From Parcubacteria group bacterium (lineage in GTDB: Bacteria > Patescibacteriota > Minisyncoccia > Moranbacterales > GCA-2747515): a stretch of DNA of 64,000 nucleotides. Position numbers and translations under genes: made by a program. Where the stretch lies: positions 72,535-136,534 of the forward strand of contig JBAZXC010000001.1 in assembly GCA_041660065.1 (NCBI GenBank). Direction: 5' to 3'. Shown here piece by piece: positions 18,449 to 27,503 of this stretch. Under the pieces are notes generated by a model. It was not told where the DNA came from. It was given only the letters and a program-made list of their open reading frames with translations, and did not search any database. Position 1 is the stretch's first letter. Each line of letters opens with the position of its first letter.

Positions 18449-19591
18449 TTACAGTGTATTATAGAGTGTGATGTATTCTTGGGCGGATTTTTGGATGTTG
18501 AAGTTTTGGTGTGCGTATGCGGAAGCGTTTTTGCCGAGCGTTTCTCTTTTTTCTTTGTTCTCGTACAGGTCAATGATGGCAGTAGTCAATGCTTTTGGAG
18601 AGTTTTTTGGGATCATGACAGAATTTTTATCATTGGAAAACTCTTGTAGGATCGGCAGATCGGAAATAATGACCGGCTTGCCACAGGCCATTGCCTCGAT
18701 CACTGCCAGAGGGATATCGAATTTACCGCGCATGTCTGAGACCGGGAATACGCTTATGTCCGACAAGTTATAGATGTCACTCATCTTATATATGCCACTG
18801 TCATGAAATGACACCTTGTGGAGGAGGTTGTTTTCTTTGAGTTTTGCGATCACCCTTTTTTTCTTTTGGGCATCTCTTTCGTTCTTTACGCGGACAGCGA
18901 GGGAGAGGCGGGCGGAGGGGATCTTTTGCGCTACGCTGATAAAGCTCGTGATCACCGTGTCCATCGCGCCGAGGCGGATGTATTCTCCGGTAAAATTGAT
19001 GATGAAATCATCTTTCGTAAAACCGGAACTTTCCAGCAAAGTGTGATCTTTTTCTCGCGGTTGATAGTCGGTGAGATCTATGCCCGGGTAGATTTTGTGG
19101 ACATTGACCAGTCCCAGCGCTTTTAGTTTATTTTTCGCATAGTCCGAATATGTGGTGATGATATCGCCAAACATCATTTCTTTCATTTCCATATCGCTAA
19201 ACAAGTCTTCGCGGAGCGTGGCGACGGTTTGGATGGTTTTGGATCGGCCTTTCAACAAATTTTTGATGACCCATGAATTGCTCTTTGTGGGGGTAAAGAA
19301 ATAGTGTGTGATGTCAAAGGTATTTTTGTGGAAAAATTGAAAAAACAACGAGCGTATCTTGTCGGAAAGTTTAAAGTCTTTTTGTGAGTATTTGTAGATC
19401 CTCTCTTGGATGACAGTGGCGGGTAGTTCCGGCAGTTGTTTTGCTGTTATGAGATGGATTTCTGTGGCGGGTGAAACAGTGCCGATCTCTCTGGACAAAG
19501 CATAGGCAAAATTCTTGCTCGCCTCATCCCACGGGGGCGTGATCGGGCGGGAAACATAGAGGATTTTTCTAGGGTTTTGGGTCATTGACAT
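18449..19591 (-). CDS. GT4 glycosyltransferase
   Basis: 'IYPGID', 'PLAVIEAMACGKPVI'. Confidence 0.9.
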   Translation of the reverse strand: MSMTQNPRKILYVSRPITPPWDEASKNFAYALSREIGTVSPATEIHLITAKQLPELPATVIQERIYKYSQKDFKLSDKIRSLFFQFFHKNTFDITHYFFTPTKSNSWVIKNLLKGRSKTIQTVATLREDLFSDMEMKEMMFGDIITTYSDYAKNKLKALGLVNVHKIYPGIDLTDYQPREKDHTLLESSGFTKDDFIINFTGEYIRLGAMDTVITSFISVAQKIPSARLSLAVRVKNERDAQKKKRVIAKLKENNLLHKVSFHDSGIYKMSDIYNLSDISVFPVSDMRGKFDIPLAVIEAMACGKPVIISDLPILQEFSNDKNSVMIPKNSPKALTTAIIDLYENKEKRETLGKNASAYAHQNFNIQKSAQEYITLYNTL

Positions 19592-19689
19592 GTGATTAAA
19601 TTTATGCTATAATAAACAGTTGTTCGTTAATATATTTGAAAAGATCAATTGAATCCATTATAGCACATAGAGTGTGCAAGGGAGGGATT

Positions 19690-19941
19690 ATGTTTATACC
19701 TTATGCTATATTAAATCTGATAATGTTCATTGTTTTTACGGTCACTGGAAATTGTATTATTATTCTCTTAAACTTCGTTGTCGTTGTATTCGGTTATAGA
19801 GAACTTCCGTACGAATATCTCAGTTCTTATGTCACTTCTATTGCACTCTGTTTGATAATGGCGGTGGATTGTGTTCTCATGAGCCGCTCCGTGAAACCTG
19901 CCATAAGAAGTGGAAATTTAAAGAATGAAGAAAGCTTCTAA
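19690..19941 (+). CDS. Small membrane hypothetical protein
   Basis: AAGGGAGGG SD before ATG 19690; TGCTATAAT extended -10 upstream; hydrophobic; hairpin plus U tract at about 19961-19997. Confidence 0.5.
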   Translation: MFIPYAILNLIMFIVFTVTGNCIIILLNFVVVVFGYRELPYEYLSSYVTSIALCLIMAVDCVLMSRSVKPAIRSGNLKNEESF

Positions 19942-20006
19942 TTAGACTTTCTTCAAGAACGACCTTATATTCATATATGAGGTCGTTTTTATTTTTTCTC
20001 GAGTCG

Positions 20007-20088
20007 TTGCAGGAGCAGGTTTTACAACCTGTTCCTTTTGTTTATGCAAAACAAATAGGAGGAGCGCAGTACAACTGTGCTCCTGCGA
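20007..20088. repeat. REPIN-like doublet of GCAG-type REPs
   Basis: TTGCAGGAGCAGGTT..AACCTGTTCC ... GGAGCGCAGT..ACTGTGCTCCTGCGA; inverted relative to the 22622 and 23678 copies. Confidence 0.8.
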
Positions 20089-20096
20089 ATTCGTTT

Positions 20097-20441
20097 TTAT
20101 TTTTTCTCGATCATTTTTTCTTTGCCATCTTTTGTGACAGTGATCGTGATGGGATTTGTTGTTTTTTCCACGGTGATGATCTGGTGATTATCTTTTGTGA
20201 TGAAAACATCTTCAGAAACAAGTGTGATTTCACCAGCGATTGCAGTATAGTGAAATGTTGCGTCGGCGGAGTGATTGTCGATCGCGAATGAGTGATTGTC
20301 CTGAGCAAACGGATCGACAAAGTAAATGCTCCAGAAATTCTCATCGTGTTCACGTTGGGTTTTTTCGGTGTATGCCAAGAACAGTATGCTTGCGCTGAGG
20401 CAGATGAGGATGGTTGCGATGATCATGATCTGATTTTTCAT
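20097..20441 (-). CDS. Membrane-anchored hypothetical protein
   Basis: N-terminal TM plus a small beta-rich domain; co-oriented with the glycosylation genes. Confidence 0.65.
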   Translation of the reverse strand: MKNQIMIIATILICLSASILFLAYTEKTQREHDENFWSIYFVDPFAQDNHSFAIDNHSADATFHYTAIAGEITLVSEDVFITKDNHQIITVEKTTNPITITVTKDGKEKMIEKK

Positions 20442-20448
20442 AATAGAG

Positions 20449-20523
20449 AGTTTATAAAGTTATAAAGTCTCAGCCAAAGGCTGACCCGCCTCGGGCGGGA
20501 TAAAGTTGAAAGTTTTTAAGGTT
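20449..20523. repeat. AAAGT array interrupted by a 30-bp double hairpin
   Basis: TCAGCC-AAA-GGCTGA plus CCCGCC-TCG-GGCGGG at 20470-20499, inside TATAAAGT-like units. Confidence 0.75.
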
Positions 20524-22504
20524 ATTGTTTTCTGATGAATAGGCTGAGTTTGTCATTTTGGTAGATGCGGGAGAATTGATCGTTGTGGAGGAACTGTCCG
20601 GCATCTTGTTCTGTGGAGACCAGTACTGCGCCAATGTGGAGGTTGTCATAGCATTGCACTGCCGTGGAGGAGTCCGGTGCGGTGATCATATCCAGTGTGC
20701 ATGTCTCGCGATCCGGATTGGTTTCATAGCGTGCAAGGAGTGCGCGGGAGAGAGGATACGAGTAATCATAGGCGAAAAAGATCTTGAGCCACGTGTCTGC
20801 GGTGATGTAGTTGTGATCTTTGATCATCCAAAAATCGTTTTGGACAAGTTTGCTCTTGAAAACGGTGCTGGCGTATTCACCGGCGTGAAAGGTTTGGAGT
20901 GCATCGTTGGTCTGCGGCGCGTTGTTCATCGATGTCGCGTTGTCGCGCAGTCCTGTGGTGCAGATGAATGTGAGGATGAGCAGGCATGTGGCTGAGAGCA
21001 TCCACTGGGGTACAGCGAGAGAGTCTTTGTTGATCAGTCTGTCAAAAAGCCATGTAACGGCAAAAGCAGTGAGAATTGCGAGAGGAAAAATATTGTACGT
21101 GGCGATACGGCTGGAGATGATATTGATGTAAAGCGTCTGCGGTGCGAGACTCATGAGAAGTATGGATGCTCCCCATCCGATAAAAAAAGCACAACCAAAA
21201 ATATTGATACGCACAGCATCATGTCGCACTTTTGCGCTAAAGAGATATTTCCTGCCAGCAATCGCTGTGAGGAGAAATAATCCGATCACGCCAAAGACGA
21301 AGCGTGCTTCGCCGGTCATGGCAAGTAAGTCTGCGAATGGTGTGCCGGTGCGTGATGACTTGCTCGGTGCACCGACAGAATCAGCAATGACGGAGCTGTC
21401 GAGATATGCGGGTGGTGCGATCACAAAGAGCATCGTTGCGGCAATGATGATGAGGGGAATGATGTAATAGTTTTTGAGAAGTCCAAAGATCTTTGTATAA
21501 TCCGACCAGCGATTTCTTTGCAAAATGATAAAAGTGAGCAAACTAAAGATAAATACATAACCAAAAATGAGTGTGCTCAAGTGATGTGTATACGCAAGTG
21601 CGGTGGTGAGGATCACAGCGGGCACAAGAAGAAGGGCTCTCTTTTCGGTGAAAGCACGATAAAAGAAATAGATGATCGCAGGAATGAGGAGATTGCCGAG
21701 GAGATTGCCGATCACACCGCCACTGACAAATTTTGCCTGCGCTCCGCTGATCGCCCAGAGCGGTCCGATCACGAGGAGGGTGACGATGGCGATCAATGCG
21801 CCACGGGGATGTTTTTTACATACTCTGCGTACGAGGACAAACATCATAAGTGCTGTGAAAATATTGATCACGAGGAGAAACAGTGATGGGAATGTGCTGA
21901 TGACGGATAGATGGGTGAGAATTGCGATCACGCCGAGAAAGATATGCTCGCCGACGATAAAGTCTGCAATTTTATGTGGTGCTGTAAGTTGGGCTGGATC
22001 GGAACTCGTGTCAATCTCGATCTTTTGATAATCAGGCAATGATTTGTCAACGGCAATTTTTTCTACCCAATAGAGATGATGACCGAGGTCGGTCGCTGTG
22101 GGGAAGATCGCATTGATGAGAAAGATCGATTTTATGCAGATCATGAAAAAAATGAGAAACGCGATCACAAAGGTTTGTGTGTGAGAAAATGTGAAGATGT
22201 CGGTGTGTGTCTGTGTCGTTTTTCTGTGTAAAAATAATGATGCAATGAGAAGCGGGACAATGATGCTCGCAAAGAGTGTCAAGAGATGTGCGGGCGTGAG
22301 GGATATGTTGAAATGATCGATGCCGATCACGGACAATGTGATGAGCGCAAAACCGATCGGCACGCTGAGCACGAATTTTTCCAACAATGCGAATTGGTTG
22401 CGTGCAAAGAATGCACGAAGAAAAAGCCATCCCGGCACGATCAGTAATCCAAGTGTTACGCTGATAAACAGGATCTGCTGTACGAAAAAATCATCTATGG
22501 ACAT
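20522..22504 (-). CDS. Large polytopic membrane protein, probable GT-C glycosyltransferase
   Basis: More than 14 TM segments; 'PTATDLGHHLYW', 'YTHHLS', 'RIATY'; C-terminal extracellular domain. Confidence 0.6.
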   Translation of the reverse strand: MSIDDFFVQQILFISVTLGLLIVPGWLFLRAFFARNQFALLEKFVLSVPIGFALITLSVIGIDHFNISLTPAHLLTLFASIIVPLLIASLFLHRKTTQTHTDIFTFSHTQTFVIAFLIFFMICIKSIFLINAIFPTATDLGHHLYWVEKIAVDKSLPDYQKIEIDTSSDPAQLTAPHKIADFIVGEHIFLGVIAILTHLSVISTFPSLFLLVINIFTALMMFVLVRRVCKKHPRGALIAIVTLLVIGPLWAISGAQAKFVSGGVIGNLLGNLLIPAIIYFFYRAFTEKRALLLVPAVILTTALAYTHHLSTLIFGYVFIFSLLTFIILQRNRWSDYTKIFGLLKNYYIIPLIIIAATMLFVIAPPAYLDSSVIADSVGAPSKSSRTGTPFADLLAMTGEARFVFGVIGLFLLTAIAGRKYLFSAKVRHDAVRINIFGCAFFIGWGASILLMSLAPQTLYINIISSRIATYNIFPLAILTAFAVTWLFDRLINKDSLAVPQWMLSATCLLILTFICTTGLRDNATSMNNAPQTNDALQTFHAGEYASTVFKSKLVQNDFWMIKDHNYITADTWLKIFFAYDYSYPLSRALLARYETNPDRETCTLDMITAPDSSTAVQCYDNLHIGAVLVSTEQDAGQFLHNDQFSRIYQNDKLSLFIRKQ

Positions 22505-22621
22505 AAGAGGTCAATTAATTCTTCTCCCATTAGCATAACATAATAGTGTATTATAAAACAGATGCGTTTTGATGAAGAAAAAATCATCGCTTGCGATTTG
22601 TATGTGTATCAGTGGCAACTG

Positions 22622-22694
22622 TTGCAGGATCACAGTTAAGTGGTGCTTTATGTGTAAAAAATGAAAGAAGCAGGTTGTAAACCTGCTCCTGCAA
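22622..22694. repeat. REPIN-like element (left of the nitrilase gene)
   Basis: TTGCAGGATCACAG...GAAAGAAGCAGGTTGTAAACCTGCTCCTGCAA. Confidence 0.8.
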
Positions 22695-22784
22695 GAGGAC
22701 TACTTATTTAAATTCACCCGTTGTTCATTGTCTAAGAAAAAGCTATACTGACAATATATTTTTATATCAGGAGATAATAGCTCT

Positions 22785-23594
22785 ATGAAGTTTAACATTG
22801 CTGTTGTACAATTTGAAACCATACGAAAATCTCCAAAAGAAAATTTGCAAAAAGCGGAGCAATTTATAAAAAAAGCAGCATCGTCACATGCAAATATTAT
22901 CGTCTTTCCTGAGAATTTCATCGCTGGATCAATGGAAGAACAATTCAAATATTTCTCCGATTCACGTGAATATTGCACGTATTTTCAACGTCTTGCCAAA
23001 AAATATGCAATTGATATCGTTCCGGGTTCACTTGCCGAAAAAAGCATGTCCAATCTTTATAATACTGCCTATTACATTGACGCAGAGGGAAAGATACGAT
23101 CACGATATCGAAAGATCCACCTTTGGCATCCCGAAAAACCGGTCTTTCGTTCGGGAAAAAAAGTTTTTGTTTTTGATACAAGGTACGGAAAAGTCGGGCT
23201 TATCATTTGTTGGGATCTATTTTTTCCTGAAATGTTCAGGAAAATGTTAAAAATGGGGGTTTCGACCGTTATTTGTCCGAGTTATTGGAGTTATGGAGAT
23301 GCTGGGAAAGGCTTGAAGTATAACAAAAATTCTGAGGCTACACTAATTGATTCGCTTTGTATTGGTAGGGCATTTGAAAATGAAATTATTTTTGTGTATT
23401 GTGGCGCTGTTGGAAAAATAGATACAAATAAAAAACAAGATCTATTGATAGGACATTCTCAGATAACAGTACCATTCAAAGGAGTTTTAAAGAAGTTTGA
23501 CCACAATCGAGAACAGATGTTCGTTCAAGAAGTGGACACTGCTATCCTTGATGATGCTGAACATGTGTATAGGGTTAAGACTGATCTATCTTAA
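22785..23594 (+). CDS. Carbon-nitrogen hydrolase (nitrilase family)
   Basis: 'VFPE', 'YRKIHL', 'LIICWDL' = E-K-C triad; 'RAFEN', 'GHS'. Confidence 0.9.
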   Translation: MKFNIAVVQFETIRKSPKENLQKAEQFIKKAASSHANIIVFPENFIAGSMEEQFKYFSDSREYCTYFQRLAKKYAIDIVPGSLAEKSMSNLYNTAYYIDAEGKIRSRYRKIHLWHPEKPVFRSGKKVFVFDTRYGKVGLIICWDLFFPEMFRKMLKMGVSTVICPSYWSYGDAGKGLKYNKNSEATLIDSLCIGRAFENEIIFVYCGAVGKIDTNKKQDLLIGHSQITVPFKGVLKKFDHNREQMFVQEVDTAILDDAEHVYRVKTDLS

Positions 23595-23677
23595 AGCTGA
23601 TATGAGGTTGATAAAAAAATAGCTATCATTCGTTTATGTAAACGAATGATAGCGATCGTAGTGTGAACGGGAATCTA

Positions 23678-23762
23678 TTGCAGGATCACAGCTATACCGT
23701 GCTTTATGTTTTTGTTATGTGTAGAAAAACGAAAGAAGCAGGTTGTAAACCTGCTCCTGCAA
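23678..23762. repeat. REPIN-like element (right of the nitrilase gene)
   Basis: Direct repeat of 22622-22694 with an identical 3' arm GAAAGAAGCAGGTTGTAAACCTGCTCCTGCAAG. Confidence 0.8.
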
Positions 23763-23804
23763 GGTCTGAAAATTCTCTCTTAAGAGGAGAAGGTGTAATG
23801 AGGT

Positions 23805-24935
23805 TTATAAATTTTTCAGAACATCGAGATATTTTTGGGCGATCTTTTCCCAGCTAAAATGTTCAATGGTATAGAGACGTGCATTTTTGCCAAAAGACTC
23901 TCGATCGAAATCATCTGAGAGAACTTCGATGATCTTTTTAATCCACATCTGCGCATTCTCGTGTTCGATGAGAAAGCCGTTTTTGCCATCGTGGACGGCA
24001 TCTTTGAGTCCTTGAAAATTTGATGCGATGACGACACGTTCGCATGTGGCGGTTTCGACGGCATTGATGCCAAAGCCTTCCATAGATCCCGGGATGTCAA
24101 TATTGGGAGAGATGACGAGATCGACGGTGTTGAAGAGGATGATCTTCTCCGCGTCTGGACGATTGGGGAGGAGAAAGACGCGATCATGGAGGTTGTGCTT
24201 TTCTACCATTTTTTGCGCAAGCGGGAGGACATTGTCATCGCCGGCGGTTGTGTTTGATACAGCGCCACCCATTGCGACAAAGATGATATCTCGCGGGAGA
24301 AATGGCATCACCTGATCCAAAAACCATGCAACGCCTTTGTGTGGCACAAAACGACCCATGCGCAAGATCACTTTTTTGTCTGTGAGGTCGGTATGTAATA
24401 ATTGTGCCAATTCTTCGCGCGTATGGGTGAAGAAATACTCCTGTGGGTCAATGCCGTTTGGGATGAATGTGCATCTGTCTCTGTCGATCTCAAATCGTAC
24501 AGCCTCCGTGATCGTGTGCGTGCCGACGGCGATCAGTTTGTCCATGTGGCGCAATGCGGGGATGTTGACGGTGCGATAGACTTTGCCGAGGAGAGAGTTC
24601 TTTTGCGCATAGGTGATATCAAGTCCGTGCACGATGGAGATAAATTTTTTGTGCGGATAAAATATGTGTGCGATGCGACCGAGCGGGGATAATACACCAT
24701 CGCCAAAAAGCACCGCGTCATGTCGTGGCAGGAGAAAAAGCATTTTGCACAGTGCATACGGCAAAAAGAATGGCAAAAATTTCTTGCCTTTTGTGTTGGC
24801 GAGGATCGTGGTCGGCGTGATATCCTTTAATGCGTGCGCGATGCCGTAGTTTTGATTTTCGATCCCGCCAAATACCGGTGGATACGCGCGTGAGATGAAT
24901 AAGATGCGCAAATCCTTATCGGATAATGTAGACAT
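23805..24935 (-). CDS. GT4 glycosyltransferase
   Basis: 'YPPVFGGIE', 'HGLD', 'GRFVPHKG', 'EGFGINAVE'. Confidence 0.9.
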   Translation of the reverse strand: MSTLSDKDLRILFISRAYPPVFGGIENQNYGIAHALKDITPTTILANTKGKKFLPFFLPYALCKMLFLLPRHDAVLFGDGVLSPLGRIAHIFYPHKKFISIVHGLDITYAQKNSLLGKVYRTVNIPALRHMDKLIAVGTHTITEAVRFEIDRDRCTFIPNGIDPQEYFFTHTREELAQLLHTDLTDKKVILRMGRFVPHKGVAWFLDQVMPFLPRDIIFVAMGGAVSNTTAGDDNVLPLAQKMVEKHNLHDRVFLLPNRPDAEKIILFNTVDLVISPNIDIPGSMEGFGINAVETATCERVVIASNFQGLKDAVHDGKNGFLIEHENAQMWIKKIIEVLSDDFDRESFGKNARLYTIEHFSWEKIAQKYLDVLKNL

Positions 24936-24939
24936 GGTT

Positions 24940-25902
24940 TTATAAAATTACTTTGAAGTTATATTTTTGTTTACGCATACGGTACATGGTTTCCTCTGTG
25001 AGTTGGCGGTTGGTCTTGATCATATCGGCGATGAGTGCAAAAACGAGAAATTGCATTCCGACAAAAAACAGTACGATTGATACGAGGAGATAGTTGCGGT
25101 AGGGTGTGATCTGGAGTTCGGGGAGATAGAGCGCGAGGAATAAGATAAACACGAGCACTGATAAAAGGACGACAAAAAGTCCCGGGATGCCAAAAAACTT
25201 CATCGGACGCACATCGCGTATGGCTTTGATGATGATCTTTGCGCTGTTGTTGACAAAATTCCACACACCTAAAACGACGCGCGATTTGCGACCTTCAAAA
25301 TATTGGACGGTTACGGGGACCCATGTGAGTTTGAGATTTTTGCCGATGGCATCGATGATCGTTTCTTGGGTATAAGTAAAGCCAATCACAGTATTGAGTC
25401 GCAAGAGCGCTTCGCGATTATGTGCGCGGAATCCACACGTGAGATCGTGGATCTCGACATTGAGAAATGCGCCAACAAGCTTTGCGGCGAATTTGTTGAG
25501 AACTTTTTTGATCAGAGGGATACCGTTTGCTTTACCGGCTTTGAATCGATCGCCAATCGTCATGTCTGCATCTCCATCCAGAATTGGTTTGAGCATGGCG
25601 CCGATCTGTTGGGGATCGAACTGACCATCTGCGTCAATGTTGACCATGATGTCAGCGCCGTTCTCCAGTGCACTGCGTACGGCGGAGTTAAATGCAATGC
25701 CGAGACGGCGGTTGGTCTTGTGGACGACAACAATATCTGCGCCGGCTTCTCTGGCGGCATCTGCCGTGCCATCGCGTGATCCGTCATCGACCACTTGGAT
25801 AAGTACCTCGGAAATGCCGTCAAAAGAGCGGGGGATTGCGCGAATCGTTTTGCCAATGGATTTTGCTTCGTTGTATGCCGGCATGTTGATGATCAATTTC
25901 AT
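24940..25902 (-). CDS. GT2 polyprenol-phosphate glycosyltransferase (DPM/GtrB-like)
   Basis: 'PAYNEA', 'VDDGSRD', 'DADGQ', 'CGFRA'; two C-terminal TM helices. Confidence 0.9.
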   Translation of the reverse strand: MKLIINMPAYNEAKSIGKTIRAIPRSFDGISEVLIQVVDDGSRDGTADAAREAGADIVVVHKTNRRLGIAFNSAVRSALENGADIMVNIDADGQFDPQQIGAMLKPILDGDADMTIGDRFKAGKANGIPLIKKVLNKFAAKLVGAFLNVEIHDLTCGFRAHNREALLRLNTVIGFTYTQETIIDAIGKNLKLTWVPVTVQYFEGRKSRVVLGVWNFVNNSAKIIIKAIRDVRPMKFFGIPGLFVVLLSVLVFILFLALYLPELQITPYRNYLLVSIVLFFVGMQFLVFALIADMIKTNRQLTEETMYRMRKQKYNFKVIL

Positions 25903-25989
25903 AATGTTTTATCAGCGTTAGTATTTAGGATAATACATGATATATGTTTCCGTGAGATTTGTCTATATTATACACTATAGGACGTCCTC

Positions 25990-26018
25990 TTGACAAAAAA
26001 ACATTTTTCCCCTATAAT
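25990..26018 (+). promoter_or_regulatory. Consensus sigma70 promoter
   Basis: TTGACA-17 bp-TATAAT. Confidence 0.85.
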
Positions 26019-26024
26019 CACCTT

Positions 26025-26204
26025 AATATTTAAACCAGTTCCTTAATTGAAAAAGTGTGTGGTGACCGCCTACGGCAACACCTCCATGTCAATGCTTCCC
26101 GCTCGCGATACACCTCCTTTCTCTTCGCGCACAAGACCGTATTTTTATGGTTGCCACACACTTTTTCTTCTTTTGCAGCTTCGATCATTCGAGGCTGTTT
26201 TTTT
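26025..26204 (+). ncRNA. Candidate structured sRNA with anti-SD motifs
   Basis: 18-bp stem 26050-67/26149-66 with G-U pairs on the + strand; inner stems; two ACACCTCC motifs; terminator at 26175-26204; no credible ORF. Confidence 0.6.
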
Positions 26205-26346
26205 ATGACTTTTTGCCATAATTGTAAAAGTGTGCAAGAATACGCGGTTGAATGTCTGTGTGTGCGGGTGTATAATGATTGCATACAAAAAAACATTCAT
26301 TGATCAATGGAAAGTATATAAATATTTTTGGTAAGGGGCATTATAT

Positions 26347-27501
26347 ATGAATATTGGTATCAACGCATCGTTCATGCGAAAGCCCGGTACGGGCATTGGA
26401 CAGGTGACGACGCATTTTCTTCATGAGCTCATTCGACGGTCACATACTGATCGATCGTTCAAAAATCATAAATTCTTCATCTATAGTGAAGAGCTGATCG
26501 ATATGGATTTCCCCAAGAATTTTACGTGCAGACATTTCTTGCCACATTACTATCGACGGGATGATCTTTTCCGCAGACTGTTGTGGGAGAAATTTTCTTT
26601 ACCGTGCTGTGCGCATCGGGATAAATGTGATGTGCTCATCAGTTTGTATCAGTCGGCGACTGTGATCAAGTACACGGACATGCGTCACATCATGGTGGTA
26701 CATGATGTGATCCCGCATATTTTTGCAGAGTATTTGGACAATATGCGGAAGAAAATTTATTGGAAATATGTTGAAAAAGGGATGTATGGATCACATAAGA
26801 TCATCGCTGTATCCGAGTATACAAAGATCGATCTTGCAACGCGACTCAATATCAAAGAACAAAAGATTACCGTTGCGCCAATTGCTGTGGATCCGATTTT
26901 TAGCAATATCGTGTCACAAGAAGAGATGGATCGTGTGATGGATGTATATAAACTTGAAAGTAAGAAGTACATATATACAGGTGGCGGTTTGGAGTTGCGC
27001 AAATGTGCGGATCGTACATTGCGTGCATACAAGATGTTGCGTGAACGGATACCTGATGCGCCGACCCTTGTCATTTCAGGAAAACTGATGCCGGAGCTTG
27101 CCCCGCTTATTGTTGATGTGGAACAAATCGTTTATGATCTGGGACTTGTGGATCACGTGCGCATCATCGGATTTGTACCGCAGGCAGATCTGCCGGCACT
27201 TTATAAAGGCGCAGTTTGTTTTGTCTTTCCGTCATTGTACGAAGGTTTTGGCATGCCGGTACTGGAGGCAATGAATATTGGCACACCGGTGATCACGTCA
27301 AGGGATTCCAGTTTGTCGGAAGTTGGTGGTGATGCGGTTGTGTATGCCGAGCATGATGATGAAGCGTTGTGTGAAAAAATGCGCGAGGTGATCCTCGATC
27401 ACACATTACAAGAAATGATCAGTGCAAAAGAAAAAGAACAAGCACAAAAATTTTCTTGGCAATCTTTTGTTGAAAAGATTTGGGAAACGGTTACAATGTA
27501 G
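26347..27501 (+). CDS. GT4 glycosyltransferase (MtfB/WbpY-like)
   Basis: 'HDVIP', 'FPSLYEGFGMPVLEAM'. Confidence 0.9.
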   Translation: MNIGINASFMRKPGTGIGQVTTHFLHELIRRSHTDRSFKNHKFFIYSEELIDMDFPKNFTCRHFLPHYYRRDDLFRRLLWEKFSLPCCAHRDKCDVLISLYQSATVIKYTDMRHIMVVHDVIPHIFAEYLDNMRKKIYWKYVEKGMYGSHKIIAVSEYTKIDLATRLNIKEQKITVAPIAVDPIFSNIVSQEEMDRVMDVYKLESKKYIYTGGGLELRKCADRTLRAYKMLRERIPDAPTLVISGKLMPELAPLIVDVEQIVYDLGLVDHVRIIGFVPQADLPALYKGAVCFVFPSLYEGFGMPVLEAMNIGTPVITSRDSSLSEVGGDAVVYAEHDDEALCEKMREVILDHTLQEMISAKEKEQAQKFSWQSFVEKIWETVTM

Positions 27502-27503
27502 AT

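Noticed and set aside
26030-26303. ORFs 26030-26296 (-) and 26055-26303 (+), or a type I toxin led by the minus-strand AAAGGAGGTG
   Set aside because: There is no start codon at a suitable spacing after the SD-like sequence and no hydrophobic peptide. G-U pairs, promoter and terminator favour a + strand RNA.
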